64,000 bases of DNA, taken from assembly GCA_964422025.1 (NCBI GenBank), contig CAYQYZ010000001.1, positions 13,410 to 77,409 of the forward strand, written 5' to 3'. The position numbers and the translations under genes are program-made. This document shows positions 15,856 to 25,853 of this stretch, one piece after another (position 1 is the first letter of the stretch; every line of letters begins with the position of its first letter). The stretch is from an uncultured Gammaproteobacteria bacterium (lineage in GTDB: Bacteria > Patescibacteriota > Microgenomatia > UBA1406 > HO2-37-13b). The notes beneath the pieces are model-generated. The model was given only the letters and a program-made list of their open reading frames with translations, was not told where the DNA came from and did not search any database.

Positions 15856-16309
15856 TCCAGCGATAATTCGTTATGCAACTCCCGAAGACATTAAATACCT
15901 GCGGCTAATTCAAAGTAACGATGGATTTGAACATGTTTATTACTTGAATAAAGATCGACTCGAGAATTTATTTAAGCGCGGTGAGGTATTTCTCATTGCA
16001 TTCATCGGAGAAAAACCAGTTGGCTTTGGATCAATCGATTTTGAAATTCGTGCACGACTACATTTTTTATCTGTTGATATATCAGTGAAAGGAAAAAAAG
16101 TTGGTGCTTCTCTTATGTTAAGGATGCTCGATGAATGCAAGTAAAGAGGATATAAATTTGCACATACGTATGTAGAGGTAAATACAAATAAAGAGGATTT
16201 TCTAGTGAAATTTGGCTTTAAAAATATTGGTATATTTAAAGACCGATATGGTAAGGGTTTGGACTCGTCGATTTGGCAGAAAGATCTCTTAGATCCTTCA
16301 GGTGTCTAA
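15848..16309 (+). pseudogene. GNAT N-acetyltransferase interrupted by one in-frame TAA
   Basis: 15848-16141 encodes MDNPAIIRY...VKGKKVGASLMLRMLDECK. TAA sits at 16142-16144. The same frame continues RGYKFAHTYVEVNTNKEDFLVKFGFKNIGIFKDRYGKGLDSSIWQKDL to TAA 16307-16309, which is the expected GNAT C-terminal half. Confidence 0.7.
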
Positions 16310-17109
16310 TTATTCACACTCGTATATGACCTTAGAGCATATTTCCAAAAAGCACGAGTGAACATAAAGAACAATATCGTAAATACAATTAACCAAAGAA
16401 TTTGAGCAATCGATGCCTTCCCGACAAGTACCCGAGTTGGTACTGATATTGCAAATAAAATTGGAGTAATAATTAAGACGGTTGATATGCCAAAACGTTG
16501 CATAATGTCTGGGGGATTTCGCATGATTCCCGAAAAGCTATACAGAAGTTCAATTAAATTTGATAGTCGTGGGAACCATATAATGATTGTAGAGCAGCTA
16601 AACCAGAAACAATATGATGATACGATAGCAAAAATTATGAGAAAGAAATACATGAAAACACCCACTGGAGTTACATGAATATTATAAGCATTGATTACGT
16701 ATATCAAAAAAGCTGTTCCCATAAAGACTCGAACAAATTCATCATATCGAACTTGCCATAAGCTCATCAAGAATTGAGAGTCAATTGGTTTAATTAATAG
16801 TCCATCTAACCGACCGCTTAACACGGTCCCTGAAAATTCATGGAAGTTTTTTACAAAAAAGAAACGAAACAATCCCCACATACCTCCAAATGTTGCTGTA
16901 AGTATAAACAGCTCCGGTTTCGTCCATCCGTATACTGATTGAATTCGATATGTTAATACAAAAATAGAAATATAGTGAAAAATTCCCCAAATAGTAGATC
17001 CAACCAAATGGCTATAAAAACCACTTCGGTAGGCAAGCAAGTTTAATAAACTTACCCACAAAAATTGTATGTATATTTTAAAGTAGCGTTTCATATTATT
17101 GACCCACAC
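16306..17109 (-). CDS. ABC-2 type transporter permease
   Basis: 267 aa, 6 predicted TM helices, downstream of the ATPase and a paralogous permease. An alternative start at 17094 (MKRYFK) would remove the overlap. Confidence 0.7.
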   Translation of the reverse strand: MWVNNMKRYFKIYIQFLWVSLLNLLAYRSGFYSHLVGSTIWGIFHYISIFVLTYRIQSVYGWTKPELFILTATFGGMWGLFRFFFVKNFHEFSGTVLSGRLDGLLIKPIDSQFLMSLWQVRYDEFVRVFMGTAFLIYVINAYNIHVTPVGVFMYFFLIIFAIVSSYCFWFSCSTIIIWFPRLSNLIELLYSFSGIMRNPPDIMQRFGISTVLIITPILFAISVPTRVLVGKASIAQILWLIVFTILFFMFTRAFWKYALRSYTSVNN

Positions 17110-17878
17110 CGCTAAATCGTTTTAACCCAAAATGCCATAGGGTTTTATATATAGCAAAAAACAGCGCCATCCATAAGAACTGCATAAAAATAATCCATAT
17201 CTGCAATTGTATTGGGGCATTTCCTTGCAAAGATATAACGGGAAAATATATTATGTACGGAAACGGAGTTGCATAAGCAATCGATGCTACCCAATTAGGT
17301 AAAAATGTAATTGGCACCAATAAGCCCGAAAGAACCACGCGAATAACTTCCCACGTATTTAGTATACCTGCCATATCAGTAATCCAAAATGCAGTCAGAG
17401 AAAGTGTTGCCTGAACTATAAAGCACAAAAAATATGCATTAACAAGAATAAAAACAGTAGACAAAGATATGATTGGCAGGGGTATGTTGGGAATCAAGTG
17501 CTGTAAAATAAAAAAGCCAATAACTCCATAAACCCCTTGTAGCAGTCGATGGGGCATTTCATTAAGAAATTGCAATGCCAAATATGGAAATGGGCGGACC
17601 AAATAGCGAACCAGTCCACCTTCTCGAATATGATTTTTTGCAATTTCTTCCTCTATGTGAGACATAACAACTGTTACCACAACAATAAGTATTAAATAGT
17701 ACGAACTTATTTCCTCACGAGTAAGTCCTCCAATTAAAGCAGACTTTGATTTTACACCGCCCCAAAATAATATAAGCATGAGGGGGTTTATAATATTCAA
17801 AAGAAAGTAAACGAACGCTCGAGTTCTTTCTTGTAAAACATCTTCAAAATGAAGCAGAAGGATTTTAAAGTATCTCAT
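17096..17878 (-). CDS. ABC-2 type transporter permease
   Basis: 260 aa polytopic membrane protein, immediately downstream of the ABC ATPase. Confidence 0.7.
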   Translation of the reverse strand: MRYFKILLLHFEDVLQERTRAFVYFLLNIINPLMLILFWGGVKSKSALIGGLTREEISSYYLILIVVVTVVMSHIEEEIAKNHIREGGLVRYLVRPFPYLALQFLNEMPHRLLQGVYGVIGFFILQHLIPNIPLPIISLSTVFILVNAYFLCFIVQATLSLTAFWITDMAGILNTWEVIRVVLSGLLVPITFLPNWVASIAYATPFPYIIYFPVISLQGNAPIQLQIWIIFMQFLWMALFFAIYKTLWHFGLKRFSGVGQ

Positions 17879-17880
17879 AT

Positions 17881-18858
17881 CTACAGAGAAGTGGTAAAAA
17901 ATCGCCGAACAACGTCCTCTATACTTGGTTCCTCAACAGTAAATTCATCAACATCGAATTTATCTAGAATATGTGCCGCGACATGGTTCGTTTTTTCGCG
18001 AGCTACCGTTAATTCAATTTTTGAAGTACTTACTTTTTTGACATCGCCAAACTTAATAAAAGAGTCTTTATCAATAGGAGCGTTAAACGTAAATGTTAAT
18101 ATTTTATGTGGAGAATATTTTTGGACGAGTGTTGCGAGTTGTCCGTCGTACATTATTTTTCCCTGATCAATGAAAATAATGCGTTTACATAGTTTTTTTA
18201 CATCTTCCATGTAGTGGCTTGTTAATAAAATTGTTGCTTCATATTTTGCATTATAGTCTTTAATAAAGTCTCTCAAATTCTGCTGCATAACTACATCAAG
18301 CCCAATAGTTGGTTCGTCTAAAAACAATATCTCAGGGGAATGAATCAACTGATTAATAAGTTCACATTTCATACGTTGGCCGAGCGAGAGTTTACGGACT
18401 TGAATATGCAAAATATCGACAACATCAAGTAATTCAGTGAGCTCTTTAATAATCGGATTGAATCGAGCAGCTTCGACTTCGTATATCTCTTTGTTAAGCA
18501 AAAAAGATTCGTATGCCGGTAAGTCCATCCATAATTGATTTTTTTGTCCCATGACTAAGGAAATCTTTTTTAAGAATTCAGTTTTTCTGTCAAAGGGTTT
18601 ATATCCGGCAACAGATACTTTGCCCGATGTAGGATATATAAGTCCCGATAAGCATTTGAGAGTAGTTGTTTTCCCTGCACCGTTTGGGCCAATGAATCCA
18701 ATTAGCTCTCCCTTTTCAATTGAAAACGAAACGTCATTAACAGCATATTTTGTTATATATTCTCTGTTAAAGAGAGATTTGAAAGACCCAGCAATTCCGG
18801 GTTCTTTTTTATATGAAGAGAATGTTTTGGTTAGGTGTTCTACGGTAATGAGGGACAT
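17881..18858 (-). CDS. ABC transporter ATP-binding protein
   Basis: Walker A GPNGAGKTT, signature LSLGQRM, Walker B ILFLDEP. Confidence 0.9.
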   Translation of the reverse strand: MSLITVEHLTKTFSSYKKEPGIAGSFKSLFNREYITKYAVNDVSFSIEKGELIGFIGPNGAGKTTTLKCLSGLIYPTSGKVSVAGYKPFDRKTEFLKKISLVMGQKNQLWMDLPAYESFLLNKEIYEVEAARFNPIIKELTELLDVVDILHIQVRKLSLGQRMKCELINQLIHSPEILFLDEPTIGLDVVMQQNLRDFIKDYNAKYEATILLTSHYMEDVKKLCKRIIFIDQGKIMYDGQLATLVQKYSPHKILTFTFNAPIDKDSFIKFGDVKKVSTSKIELTVAREKTNHVAAHILDKFDVDEFTVEEPSIEDVVRRFFTTSL

Positions 18859-18873
18859 TTATCCATTCTATCA
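18859..18873 (-). promoter_or_regulatory. extended -10 element 6 nt upstream of the ABC ATPase start (leaderless-type)
   Basis: Minus strand reads TGaTAGAAT-ggataa-ATG (start at 18858). Confidence 0.5.
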
Positions 18874-18883
18874 CAAAATGAAG

Positions 18884-20122
18884 CTATTGTTCCATTTGCT
18901 CAATCTCAATCAGTCGATTGTATTTGGCAAGTCGCTCCGATCGGCTCATGCTGCCGGCTTTTAGGTAGTCTGCATCACAGGCGTATGAAAGATCTGCAAT
19001 AAACGAATCTTCAGTTTCACCGGATCGATGAGAAATAACGACTTTCATATTGGCTTCCTTTGAGAGCTTAATCGCGTCAACTGTTTCTTTAAGTGTGCCA
19101 ATTTGGTTTGGTTTTATAAGTACAGCATTAGTCGCTTTTTGAGCAATTCCTTTTTGAATGCGCAAAGGATCTGTCGTATAAAGATCATCACCTACGATAA
19201 GTCCGGTACCGCCAAAGTTCTTAGTGAATGTCGAAAAGTTACTCCAGTCATTTTCTGCAAAAGGATCTTCGAATGAAAATATTCCATAGGTTGTTTGGAG
19301 TTTATGATAGTACGCAGAGAGCTCTTGCGCGGTGAGAGTTTTATTTTGCTTCTTAAATAAGTATTCTCCCTCTTTAAATAATTCCGATGCTGCAACATCA
19401 ACTCCATATTTTATTTCATGCTCATGGTTGGAAAGTTTAACTGCGCGATGAATTATTTCGAACACTTCTTCGTTTGATTTAAGATCAGGGGAATAACCTC
19501 CTTCATCGCCTTTGAGCGTTAAGAGATTTTCTTTTTTCAGTAATTCTCCTAACGCCTGAAAAACTTCTTGGGCAATCTCTACTGCTTTACTCGGAGACTC
19601 ATTTTGCGGAATAATCATGAATTCCTGAATGTCAAAATTCCAATTTGCATGGGCGCCACCATTTACGATATTTACCATAAGCTTTAAGAATTGAGGTTTC
19701 GTTTCTGGGAAATAATATTCGTTAAGTGTTTTCCAGAGTGGTTCTTTTTTATGGTTTGAAAGAGCTCGGGCGCTTGCAAGTGAAACAGCCAATATCGCAT
19801 TAGCTCCCAACCGAGATTTATTTTCAGTTCCATCAAGTTCGATCATTTTCTCATCAACCTCTTGGAGCATTCTGATATCGTGCCCTTTTAGGATCTTATT
19901 GATTTCAGAATTTATATTCTTATCTGCTTTTCGTACACCTTTCCCTTCAAATTTGCTTTTGTCTCCATCGCGCAATTCTACTTTCTCATGACTACCAGTG
20001 GAGGCTCCGCTGGGTACCGATGCTTTTCCTACAACACCATTTTGTAATTCAACATATACTTCAATAGTAGGATTGCCTCGGGAATCAAGAATCTGGATTG
20101 CATGAACTGAATGGATCTTCAT
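18884..20122 (-). CDS. eno: enolase
   Basis: MKIHSVHAIQILDSRGNPTIEV..., SHRSGETED, IKPNQIGT. Confidence 0.95.
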   Translation of the reverse strand: MKIHSVHAIQILDSRGNPTIEVYVELQNGVVGKASVPSGASTGSHEKVELRDGDKSKFEGKGVRKADKNINSEINKILKGHDIRMLQEVDEKMIELDGTENKSRLGANAILAVSLASARALSNHKKEPLWKTLNEYYFPETKPQFLKLMVNIVNGGAHANWNFDIQEFMIIPQNESPSKAVEIAQEVFQALGELLKKENLLTLKGDEGGYSPDLKSNEEVFEIIHRAVKLSNHEHEIKYGVDVAASELFKEGEYLFKKQNKTLTAQELSAYYHKLQTTYGIFSFEDPFAENDWSNFSTFTKNFGGTGLIVGDDLYTTDPLRIQKGIAQKATNAVLIKPNQIGTLKETVDAIKLSKEANMKVVISHRSGETEDSFIADLSYACDADYLKAGSMSRSERLAKYNRLIEIEQMEQ

Positions 20123-20151
20123 ATTTTAAGTGTACCAGGTTGTGGGCCGGA

Positions 20152-21087
20152 TTAAAATAAATCCATTTGGTCAGAAGGTTTCTTCTCTTCAACTGGTTTT
20201 GGTGGAGTAACTGGTTTTGGCTGATTGCTTGCAAAATATCGTTTAAGAAGGGTATTAAATTCTAGTTTTTCAAAAAAGTCTTTTAAGCTTTGCTGATAGG
20301 GTGTTCGCACGCACTTATCAATTGAAAAGTCCAATTCAAGATCTCTCAAAATAGTAGCAAGTCGTTGTGACATACGTGCACTTTCTTTTCCTTTCTCCAA
20401 TAACTCACGAGTCTTAGGTGAAGCAACTTCATCTAAATGCTCATATATATTTTCAACTGTATTAAATTGAGCAAGGAGTGTTGCAGCAGTTTTAGGTCCA
20501 ATCCCAGTTACTCCTTTGTAATTATCCGATGGATCTCCCATAAGTCCTTTTAGTTCCGGAATTAAATGTGGAGGAATACCAAATTTTTCTAATGCACTTT
20601 CTTCGGTGTACAGCATAATATCTGAAATTCCTTTTTTTGGGGCAATTACAAACGTAGTTTTATCAACCAGCTGAACAATGTCTTTGTCTCCCGTAAGAAT
20701 GTATGTCTTATATCTTTCTTCCCCTGAAATCCTTGAAATCGTTCCAATAACATCATCGGCCTCAAATCCCGCTTTTTCAATATGTACAATTCCTGCACTT
20801 TCCAAAAACTCTTTCACATAGGGGAATTGTTTTGAAAGATCATCCTCCATTTCGGGCCGCTGACTTTGATATTCTGCATACATCTCTTTACGAAAAGTTT
20901 TTGCAGGAGTATCAAAACACACACAAACATGCGTTGGTGCAAAATCGTCTATCGTTTTAAGCAGCATTGAAGCGAATCCATACACGGCATTCGTAAGTAC
21001 TCCATTATGTGTTTTAAATCCGGGAAGGGCGTGGTATGCGCGGTGTATTAGGGCATTTCCATCAATTACAAGGAAGATTTTATTCAT
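20152..21087 (-). CDS. stand-alone 5'-3' exonuclease (Pol I N-terminal domain / FEN-like)
   Basis: LVIDGNALIHRAYHALP, the GDKD metal site, and H3TH motif GVTGIGPKTA. 311 aa with no polymerase domain. Confidence 0.85.
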   Translation of the reverse strand: MNKIFLVIDGNALIHRAYHALPGFKTHNGVLTNAVYGFASMLLKTIDDFAPTHVCVCFDTPAKTFRKEMYAEYQSQRPEMEDDLSKQFPYVKEFLESAGIVHIEKAGFEADDVIGTISRISGEERYKTYILTGDKDIVQLVDKTTFVIAPKKGISDIMLYTEESALEKFGIPPHLIPELKGLMGDPSDNYKGVTGIGPKTAATLLAQFNTVENIYEHLDEVASPKTRELLEKGKESARMSQRLATILRDLELDFSIDKCVRTPYQQSLKDFFEKLEFNTLLKRYFASNQPKPVTPPKPVEEKKPSDQMDLF

Positions 21088-22928
21088 TTTTTTCCTACCA
21101 AACGAAGGAACTCTTCATCATCGAGGCTCTCTTTTTTTACCAGTTCTGCTGCTACTTTGTCAAGTACTTGGCGGTTTTTTTTCAATATATCACAAGCTTT
21201 TTTGTAGCAATCCTCTAATATGCTCTTTACTTCTGCATCAATTTGTCCCATGACACTTTCTGATATGCTATTTTGTTCCCATGATTGTCGACCCCACTGC
21301 GTAACGTCAAAGCTTGGACCATAATTAACCGGTCCCAATCTACTCATGCCGTATTCTACAACCATTGCTCGTGCGATTTTTGTTGCTTGGTCAAAATCAT
21401 TTGAAGCGCCAGTCGTAATTTCTCCAAATACTGTTTCTTCAGCAGCTCGTCCACCCATCATCGAAACAATCATTTGAAGTAAATGAGTTTTAGTTTCATG
21501 CAATCTATCAGCTTTTGGAGGAATTAGCGTAAATCCAAGCGCCATACCTCGTGACACAATCGAGATTCGATGAATAGGATCTGTGTTCGGTTGAAAATAC
21601 GTAACAATTGCATGTCCGGCTTCGTGATATGCAGTGATATTTCTATCACCATCTGTCTGTAATCGTTTCTTTTCAGGACCCAGTTTTACTTTCGTAGCAG
21701 CTTCTTCAAGGTCTGCCATAAAGATTGCCGTATGATCTTGCCGTGCTGCAGCGATTGCTGCTTCATTCAACATGTTTTCAATATCTGCACCTGAAAATCC
21801 AACAGTTCGTTTTGCAATTTTGTCCCATGAGACTTTTTTATCGAATGGTTTGCCTTTTGCATGAATTTTCAGAATTGCTTCTCGGCCTTCCACGTCAGGG
21901 TAGTCAAGAATAATGCGTCGGTCAAATCGACCAGGTCTAAGTAATGCTGGGTCAAGTAAATCTCCACGATTTGTAGCAGCAATAACAATAACTTTATCGT
22001 TTGGACTAAATCCATCCATTTCTACGAGAATCTGATTTAGTGTTTGTTCACGTTCATCATGCGCCGGCATTGCGCCTTGCGATCTTGTTCGGCCAATAGC
22101 ATCAACTTCATCAATAAAAATAATTGCAGGGCCTTCTTTTTTAGCTGTTGCAAATAAATCACGAACTCGAGCTGCTCCAATTCCAACTAACATTTCCATA
22201 AATTCAGAACCAGCTATTGAAAAGAAAGGAACACTACTCTCGCCCGCGACTGCTTTGGCAAGGAGCGTTTTACCTGTTCCGGCAGGACCGAAGAGTAATA
22301 CGCCCTTTGGCGAACGAGCTCCTAATTTTTGATATTTTTTAGGATTTTTCAAGAAGTCGACAATTTCTTCAAGTTCTTTTTTTGCCTCATTAACTCCGGC
22401 AACATCCGCAAATGTAATTCGCGACATCTCTTTTGAATACTTTTTGCTCTTTGCCTGTCCGAATGAGAATACAGAATCTTGAGCTCCTCGCGCTTGGCGG
22501 AATAAGAAAATGAAAAAAGCAATCATAAGTAATGTTGGGAGCAGGTTTGAGAGAAAGCTGGTCATTGCCGAACTTGATTCTGAATCTTTCACTGAAATGT
22601 TAACTCCAGAAGAGTCAATGTTAGCTTCCTGCAACAAACTTAAAAAACTGCTATTAGTTTCTTTATTTGATTGAACTGTTGCTCCGTTTTTGTATGTAGT
22701 AGTAATTTTATTCGAATCTACAACGACGCTTTTCACTTTTTTTGCTTTAATATCTTGCATTACTTGCGTAACAGGCTTTTCAGGATATTTATTGCCTGAT
22801 GAAAGAAACGATGAAAGGAGTGTTACCGTAAAAAATGAAACCAATAGCACTAGGAAGAGAGTTTTTATATTCAACTTGAATTGAAACTGTGAAACTTTTT
22901 GTTTCGGTTTTTTAGTAGTTTCGGGCAT
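21084..22928 (-). CDS. ftsH: ATP-dependent zinc metalloprotease FtsH
   Basis: Two N-terminal TM helices, AAA+ Walker A GPAGTGKT, and zinc motif HEAGHA. Confidence 0.95.
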   Translation of the reverse strand: MPETTKKPKQKVSQFQFKLNIKTLFLVLLVSFFTVTLLSSFLSSGNKYPEKPVTQVMQDIKAKKVKSVVVDSNKITTTYKNGATVQSNKETNSSFLSLLQEANIDSSGVNISVKDSESSSAMTSFLSNLLPTLLMIAFFIFLFRQARGAQDSVFSFGQAKSKKYSKEMSRITFADVAGVNEAKKELEEIVDFLKNPKKYQKLGARSPKGVLLFGPAGTGKTLLAKAVAGESSVPFFSIAGSEFMEMLVGIGAARVRDLFATAKKEGPAIIFIDEVDAIGRTRSQGAMPAHDEREQTLNQILVEMDGFSPNDKVIVIAATNRGDLLDPALLRPGRFDRRIILDYPDVEGREAILKIHAKGKPFDKKVSWDKIAKRTVGFSGADIENMLNEAAIAAARQDHTAIFMADLEEAATKVKLGPEKKRLQTDGDRNITAYHEAGHAIVTYFQPNTDPIHRISIVSRGMALGFTLIPPKADRLHETKTHLLQMIVSMMGGRAAEETVFGEITTGASNDFDQATKIARAMVVEYGMSRLGPVNYGPSFDVTQWGRQSWEQNSISESVMGQIDAEVKSILEDCYKKACDILKKNRQVLDKVAAELVKKESLDDEEFLRLVGKK

Positions 22929-22937
22929 TGTGTGGCT

Positions 22938-22946
22938 ATTTTAGCA
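22938..22946 (-). promoter_or_regulatory. extended -10 element for ftsH
   Basis: Minus strand reads TGcTAAAAT, 9 nt before ATG (22928). Confidence 0.45.
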
Positions 22947-22952
22947 GGTTTT

Positions 22953-22961
22953 TGGTAAAAT
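22953..22961 (+). promoter_or_regulatory. extended -10 element for the tsaC-tsaE fusion gene
   Basis: TGgTAAAAT, back-to-back with the ftsH element. Confidence 0.4.
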
Positions 22962-22995
22962 TGCTAGCAGTAAACCGCTCTGGATCCCAATAAAT

Positions 22996-24060
22996 ATGAA
23001 AATTATCTCAAAAGACTCTATAACACAAAAGGAACTCATCGAGGAAATAAAAACAGTCATTCTGGCCGGGGGATTGGTGGTTTTGCCATCCGATACCGTG
23101 TATGGATTGTGTGTTGATGCGCGCTCAAAATCTGCAGTAGAAAAGCTGATTTCTTTTAAACGCCGTCCAATAGGTAAACCTATCTCGGTGTTTGTGGGTG
23201 ACACACAACGAGCGAGTAACTATGTAACTCTCAATAAGAGTCAAACAGCTCTTTTAAAGCAGCTTGCACCGGGGCCATATACATTTGTTCTACCTTCAAA
23301 GGGAACGTTGCGCCCGGAACTCGAATCGGAACAAGGAAATTTGGGAATTCGCATTCCTGATAATGCATTTATTAATGAGCTTATCGAGATCTTGGATTTC
23401 CCTATTACTGCAACATCTGCAAACCTCGCCGGTTCACCTTCTCATTATTCTGTCGAATCACTCGTGGAGAGTCTTTCGGATAAAAAGAAGCAAGAAATTG
23501 ATCTTATCATTGACGCCGGGAAACTACCATATAACAAACCCTCTACTGTTCTTGACCTAAGCCAGGAAACAGTTGCGGTTTTACGTTCGGGCGACGCTCA
23601 GGTTACCGAGTCTTACTCTTCTTCATCTGCTGCACAGACGGCGACTATCGGCAAAGATATCCTAGCACAATTAAAGAAAAAAGCTTTAGATAAACCTGGC
23701 ATTATCATTCTCCAAGGGGAACTTGGAGCAGGGAAAACTACACTAATTAAAGCAATCGGAGAAGAACTAGGAATAGCTAACATTGTCTCTCCCACCTATG
23801 TTGTGTGCTACGAGTATCCCACAACCGATGAACATTTTAAATTATTTCATCACTGTGACTTCTACAATATTAAAGAAGGAGACGAGCTTAATTTTCTTGG
23901 AATCGATGAAATGCTCAAGCCTCATGCTTTGGTTGCCATTGAATGGGGTGAAAAAAGTGGACCAATTTTTGAAATGTTAAAAGAAAAAGCACAAGTCGTC
24001 GTAATCTCGATGAGTTATATAAGCCAAGAAGGTCGAAAAATCGACATTACATATTTATGA
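22996..24060 (+). CDS. tsaC/tsaE: fusion protein: YrdC/TsaC-like threonylcarbamoyl-AMP synthase domain plus TsaE P-loop domain
   Basis: N-terminal ~200 aa is YrdC-like (VVLPSDTVYGLCVDA..., ITATSANLAGSP, PSTVLDL). The C-terminal ~140 aa is TsaE-like (LQGELGAGKTTLIKAIG, VSPTYVV, HCDFYNI, IEWGEK). Confidence 0.8.
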   Translation: MKIISKDSITQKELIEEIKTVILAGGLVVLPSDTVYGLCVDARSKSAVEKLISFKRRPIGKPISVFVGDTQRASNYVTLNKSQTALLKQLAPGPYTFVLPSKGTLRPELESEQGNLGIRIPDNAFINELIEILDFPITATSANLAGSPSHYSVESLVESLSDKKKQEIDLIIDAGKLPYNKPSTVLDLSQETVAVLRSGDAQVTESYSSSSAAQTATIGKDILAQLKKKALDKPGIIILQGELGAGKTTLIKAIGEELGIANIVSPTYVVCYEYPTTDEHFKLFHHCDFYNIKEGDELNFLGIDEMLKPHALVAIEWGEKSGPIFEMLKEKAQVVVISMSYISQEGRKIDITYL

Positions 24061-25082
24061 AAATCCTAGCAATCGATACGTCATGCGATGAAACATCAGT
24101 AGCCGTTACTGACGGACAAAAAATATTAGTAAATAAGATTTATTCCCAAGTACTAATTCACAAAAAATGGGGAGGAGTCGTGCCGAGTTTAGCAAAACGT
24201 GCACATGAAGAGCATATTGATGTGGTGGTAAACGAAGTGTTCAAAAAAGTTGAACAATCGCAAATTGATGCATTTGCCGTAACGTTCGGACCTGGCCTTG
24301 CTGTCGCTCTTGAAGTCGGTATTCTAAAAGCAAAAGAACTCTCCATTAAATATAAAAAGCCTCTAATAGCCGTCAATCACATGGAAGGACACATTTATTC
24401 TTGTTTTGCCCAAAATAGTGTAGGGAATCCTAAGAGTGAGTTTAAATTCCCGTATATAGCTCTACTGATCTCCGGAGGGCACACAGAGCTCGTCCTCTTT
24501 AAAGACCAAGGAGTGTATGAGATTCTCGGTCAAACGCTCGATGATGCCGCTGGGGAAGCGCTTGATAAAGCCGCTAAATTAATTGGTTTAGGGTATCCCG
24601 GGGGTGCGGTGATTGAGGAGTTAGCAATAAAGGGAGATAAAACGTTCCTAAAGTTACCTCGGCCTATGAAGGGATCAAAAGATCTGAATTTCTCGTTCTC
24701 AGGACTTAAAACTTCTTTCTACTACTATTATAGAGATTTGTCAGACAACGAAAAAACATCGCAGCTGTATGATCTTGCCGCTTCATATCAGGAAGCTGTA
24801 TTCGATAGCGTTCTCCATAAACTCGAAAAAGCCATTATTCAAACAGGAGTCTCATCACTCGTTGTTGGTGGGGGAGTTGCGGCAAACAAGTATCTAAGAG
24901 AGAGAATTAGGCAGCTTGCTAAAAAACATGCTGGGAGTGTACGTTTTCCTCCTTACAAATACCTATACGGCGATAACGCGGCTATGATTGGAATTGCTGC
25001 TCACTTTAAAGCTCAAAAAGGAGATTTTGTGAAGGATTTAACTTCTCTCCATAGGGTACCCCGGCTCTCCCTGTCATCCTGA
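24057..25082 (+). CDS. tsaD: tRNA N6-adenosine threonylcarbamoyltransferase TsaD
   Basis: ILAIDTSCDETSVAV, NHMEGHI, SGGHTEL, VVGGGVAANKYLR. ATGA overlap with the upstream fusion gene. Confidence 0.95.
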   Translation: MKILAIDTSCDETSVAVTDGQKILVNKIYSQVLIHKKWGGVVPSLAKRAHEEHIDVVVNEVFKKVEQSQIDAFAVTFGPGLAVALEVGILKAKELSIKYKKPLIAVNHMEGHIYSCFAQNSVGNPKSEFKFPYIALLISGGHTELVLFKDQGVYEILGQTLDDAAGEALDKAAKLIGLGYPGGAVIEELAIKGDKTFLKLPRPMKGSKDLNFSFSGLKTSFYYYYRDLSDNEKTSQLYDLAASYQEAVFDSVLHKLEKAIIQTGVSSLVVGGGVAANKYLRERIRQLAKKHAGSVRFPPYKYLYGDNAAMIGIAAHFKAQKGDFVKDLTSLHRVPRLSLSS

Positions 25083-25730
25083 TTATTTACTCGCTGCCAA
25101 TTCCGCATCAATTAGTTTACTAAACGCATCCATTGAGCCCGGATTACTTAATTTAACTCCATTCAAAAAGAACGTAGGTGTTGAATTTACTCCCAATGCT
25201 ACGCCACTCAGTCGATCGGCTTCAATTTTCTTATCAAATGCATCAGTATTATCTTTCTTAAATTGATCCATGTTCAGCTTTAATTTATTTGCATATCCCT
25301 CAAATGTTTTAACGGGTTCATCCAACTCTTCCCAATCCTTTTGATTTGTAAAAAGTAAATCGCCCATTTCATAGAATTTTCCTTGTTTGCCAGCAGCTTC
25401 GGCAGCTCGCGCAGCAACTATTGCATTTTCATGTTGTTGTAATGGAAAGTGCCGTTGTACAAATCCAATTTGATCTTTGTATTTTTCAAGAACTTGCTTT
25501 ATGAGTGAGTGATATTGTCCACATGCGGGGCACTGAAAATCGCTGTATTCAACTAACATGACTTTAGCCTTTTTATTAGCAGCCACATAATCAGTGTCGC
25601 GAACGGGAATATCTTGTCTCACTACGGTTTTAGGAGCAGAAGTCATGTACCATGCGCCAAAGAGGATACCGATTGTTAGTAAGCTTCCTGCAACGACGAG
25701 AGCGATTTTTTTAGGGGTAATATCGTCCAT
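25083..25730 (-). CDS. membrane-anchored DsbA-family thiol:disulfide oxidoreductase
   Basis: N-terminal TM helix and CxxC motif FQCPACG. Second such gene in the window. Confidence 0.8.
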   Translation of the reverse strand: MDDITPKKIALVVAGSLLTIGILFGAWYMTSAPKTVVRQDIPVRDTDYVAANKKAKVMLVEYSDFQCPACGQYHSLIKQVLEKYKDQIGFVQRHFPLQQHENAIVAARAAEAAGKQGKFYEMGDLLFTNQKDWEELDEPVKTFEGYANKLKLNMDQFKKDNTDAFDKKIEADRLSGVALGVNSTPTFFLNGVKLSNPGSMDAFSKLIDAELAASK

Positions 25731-25738
25731 AATTAGGT

Positions 25739-25747
25739 ATTATATCA
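25739..25747 (-). promoter_or_regulatory. extended -10 element
   Basis: Minus strand reads TGaTATAAT, 8 nt before ATG (25730). Confidence 0.45.
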
Positions 25748-25750
25748 CAC

Positions 25751-25825
25751 TGGTGGCTGAGGAGAGAATTGAACTCTCGACCTAACGCTTATGAAACGTG
25801 TGCTCTACCACTGAGCTACTCAGCC
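25751..25825 (-). tRNA. tRNA with CAU anticodon (elongator Met, or Ile2 if lysidine-modified)
   Basis: 75 nt: acceptor GGCTGAG/CTCAGCC, D arm GCTC/GAGC, anticodon loop TTCATAA, T arm GAGAG-TTCAATT-CTCTC, and encoded CCA. G1:C72 pairing and the absence of three G:C pairs in the anticodon stem argue against an initiator. Confidence 0.9.
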
Positions 25826-25853
25826 AATTCAGGGTATATTATACAATATTAGC

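Noticed and set aside
20126-20145. TTAAGTGTACCAGGTTGTGG between eno and the exonuclease gene as a degenerate unit of the TCAACCT repeat (compare TTAAGCCCGCAGGTTGTCCA at 40568-40587).
   Set aside because: It matches only TTAAG...C-AGGTTGT and no adjacent full unit is present. Too weak to call.
25073-25082. GTCATCCTGA at the tsaD stop as another copy of the hairpin repeat.
   Set aside because: Only the 10-nt 5' arm matches and there is no downstream complementary arm (no GGATCTC). It could be a remnant but is indistinguishable from chance.
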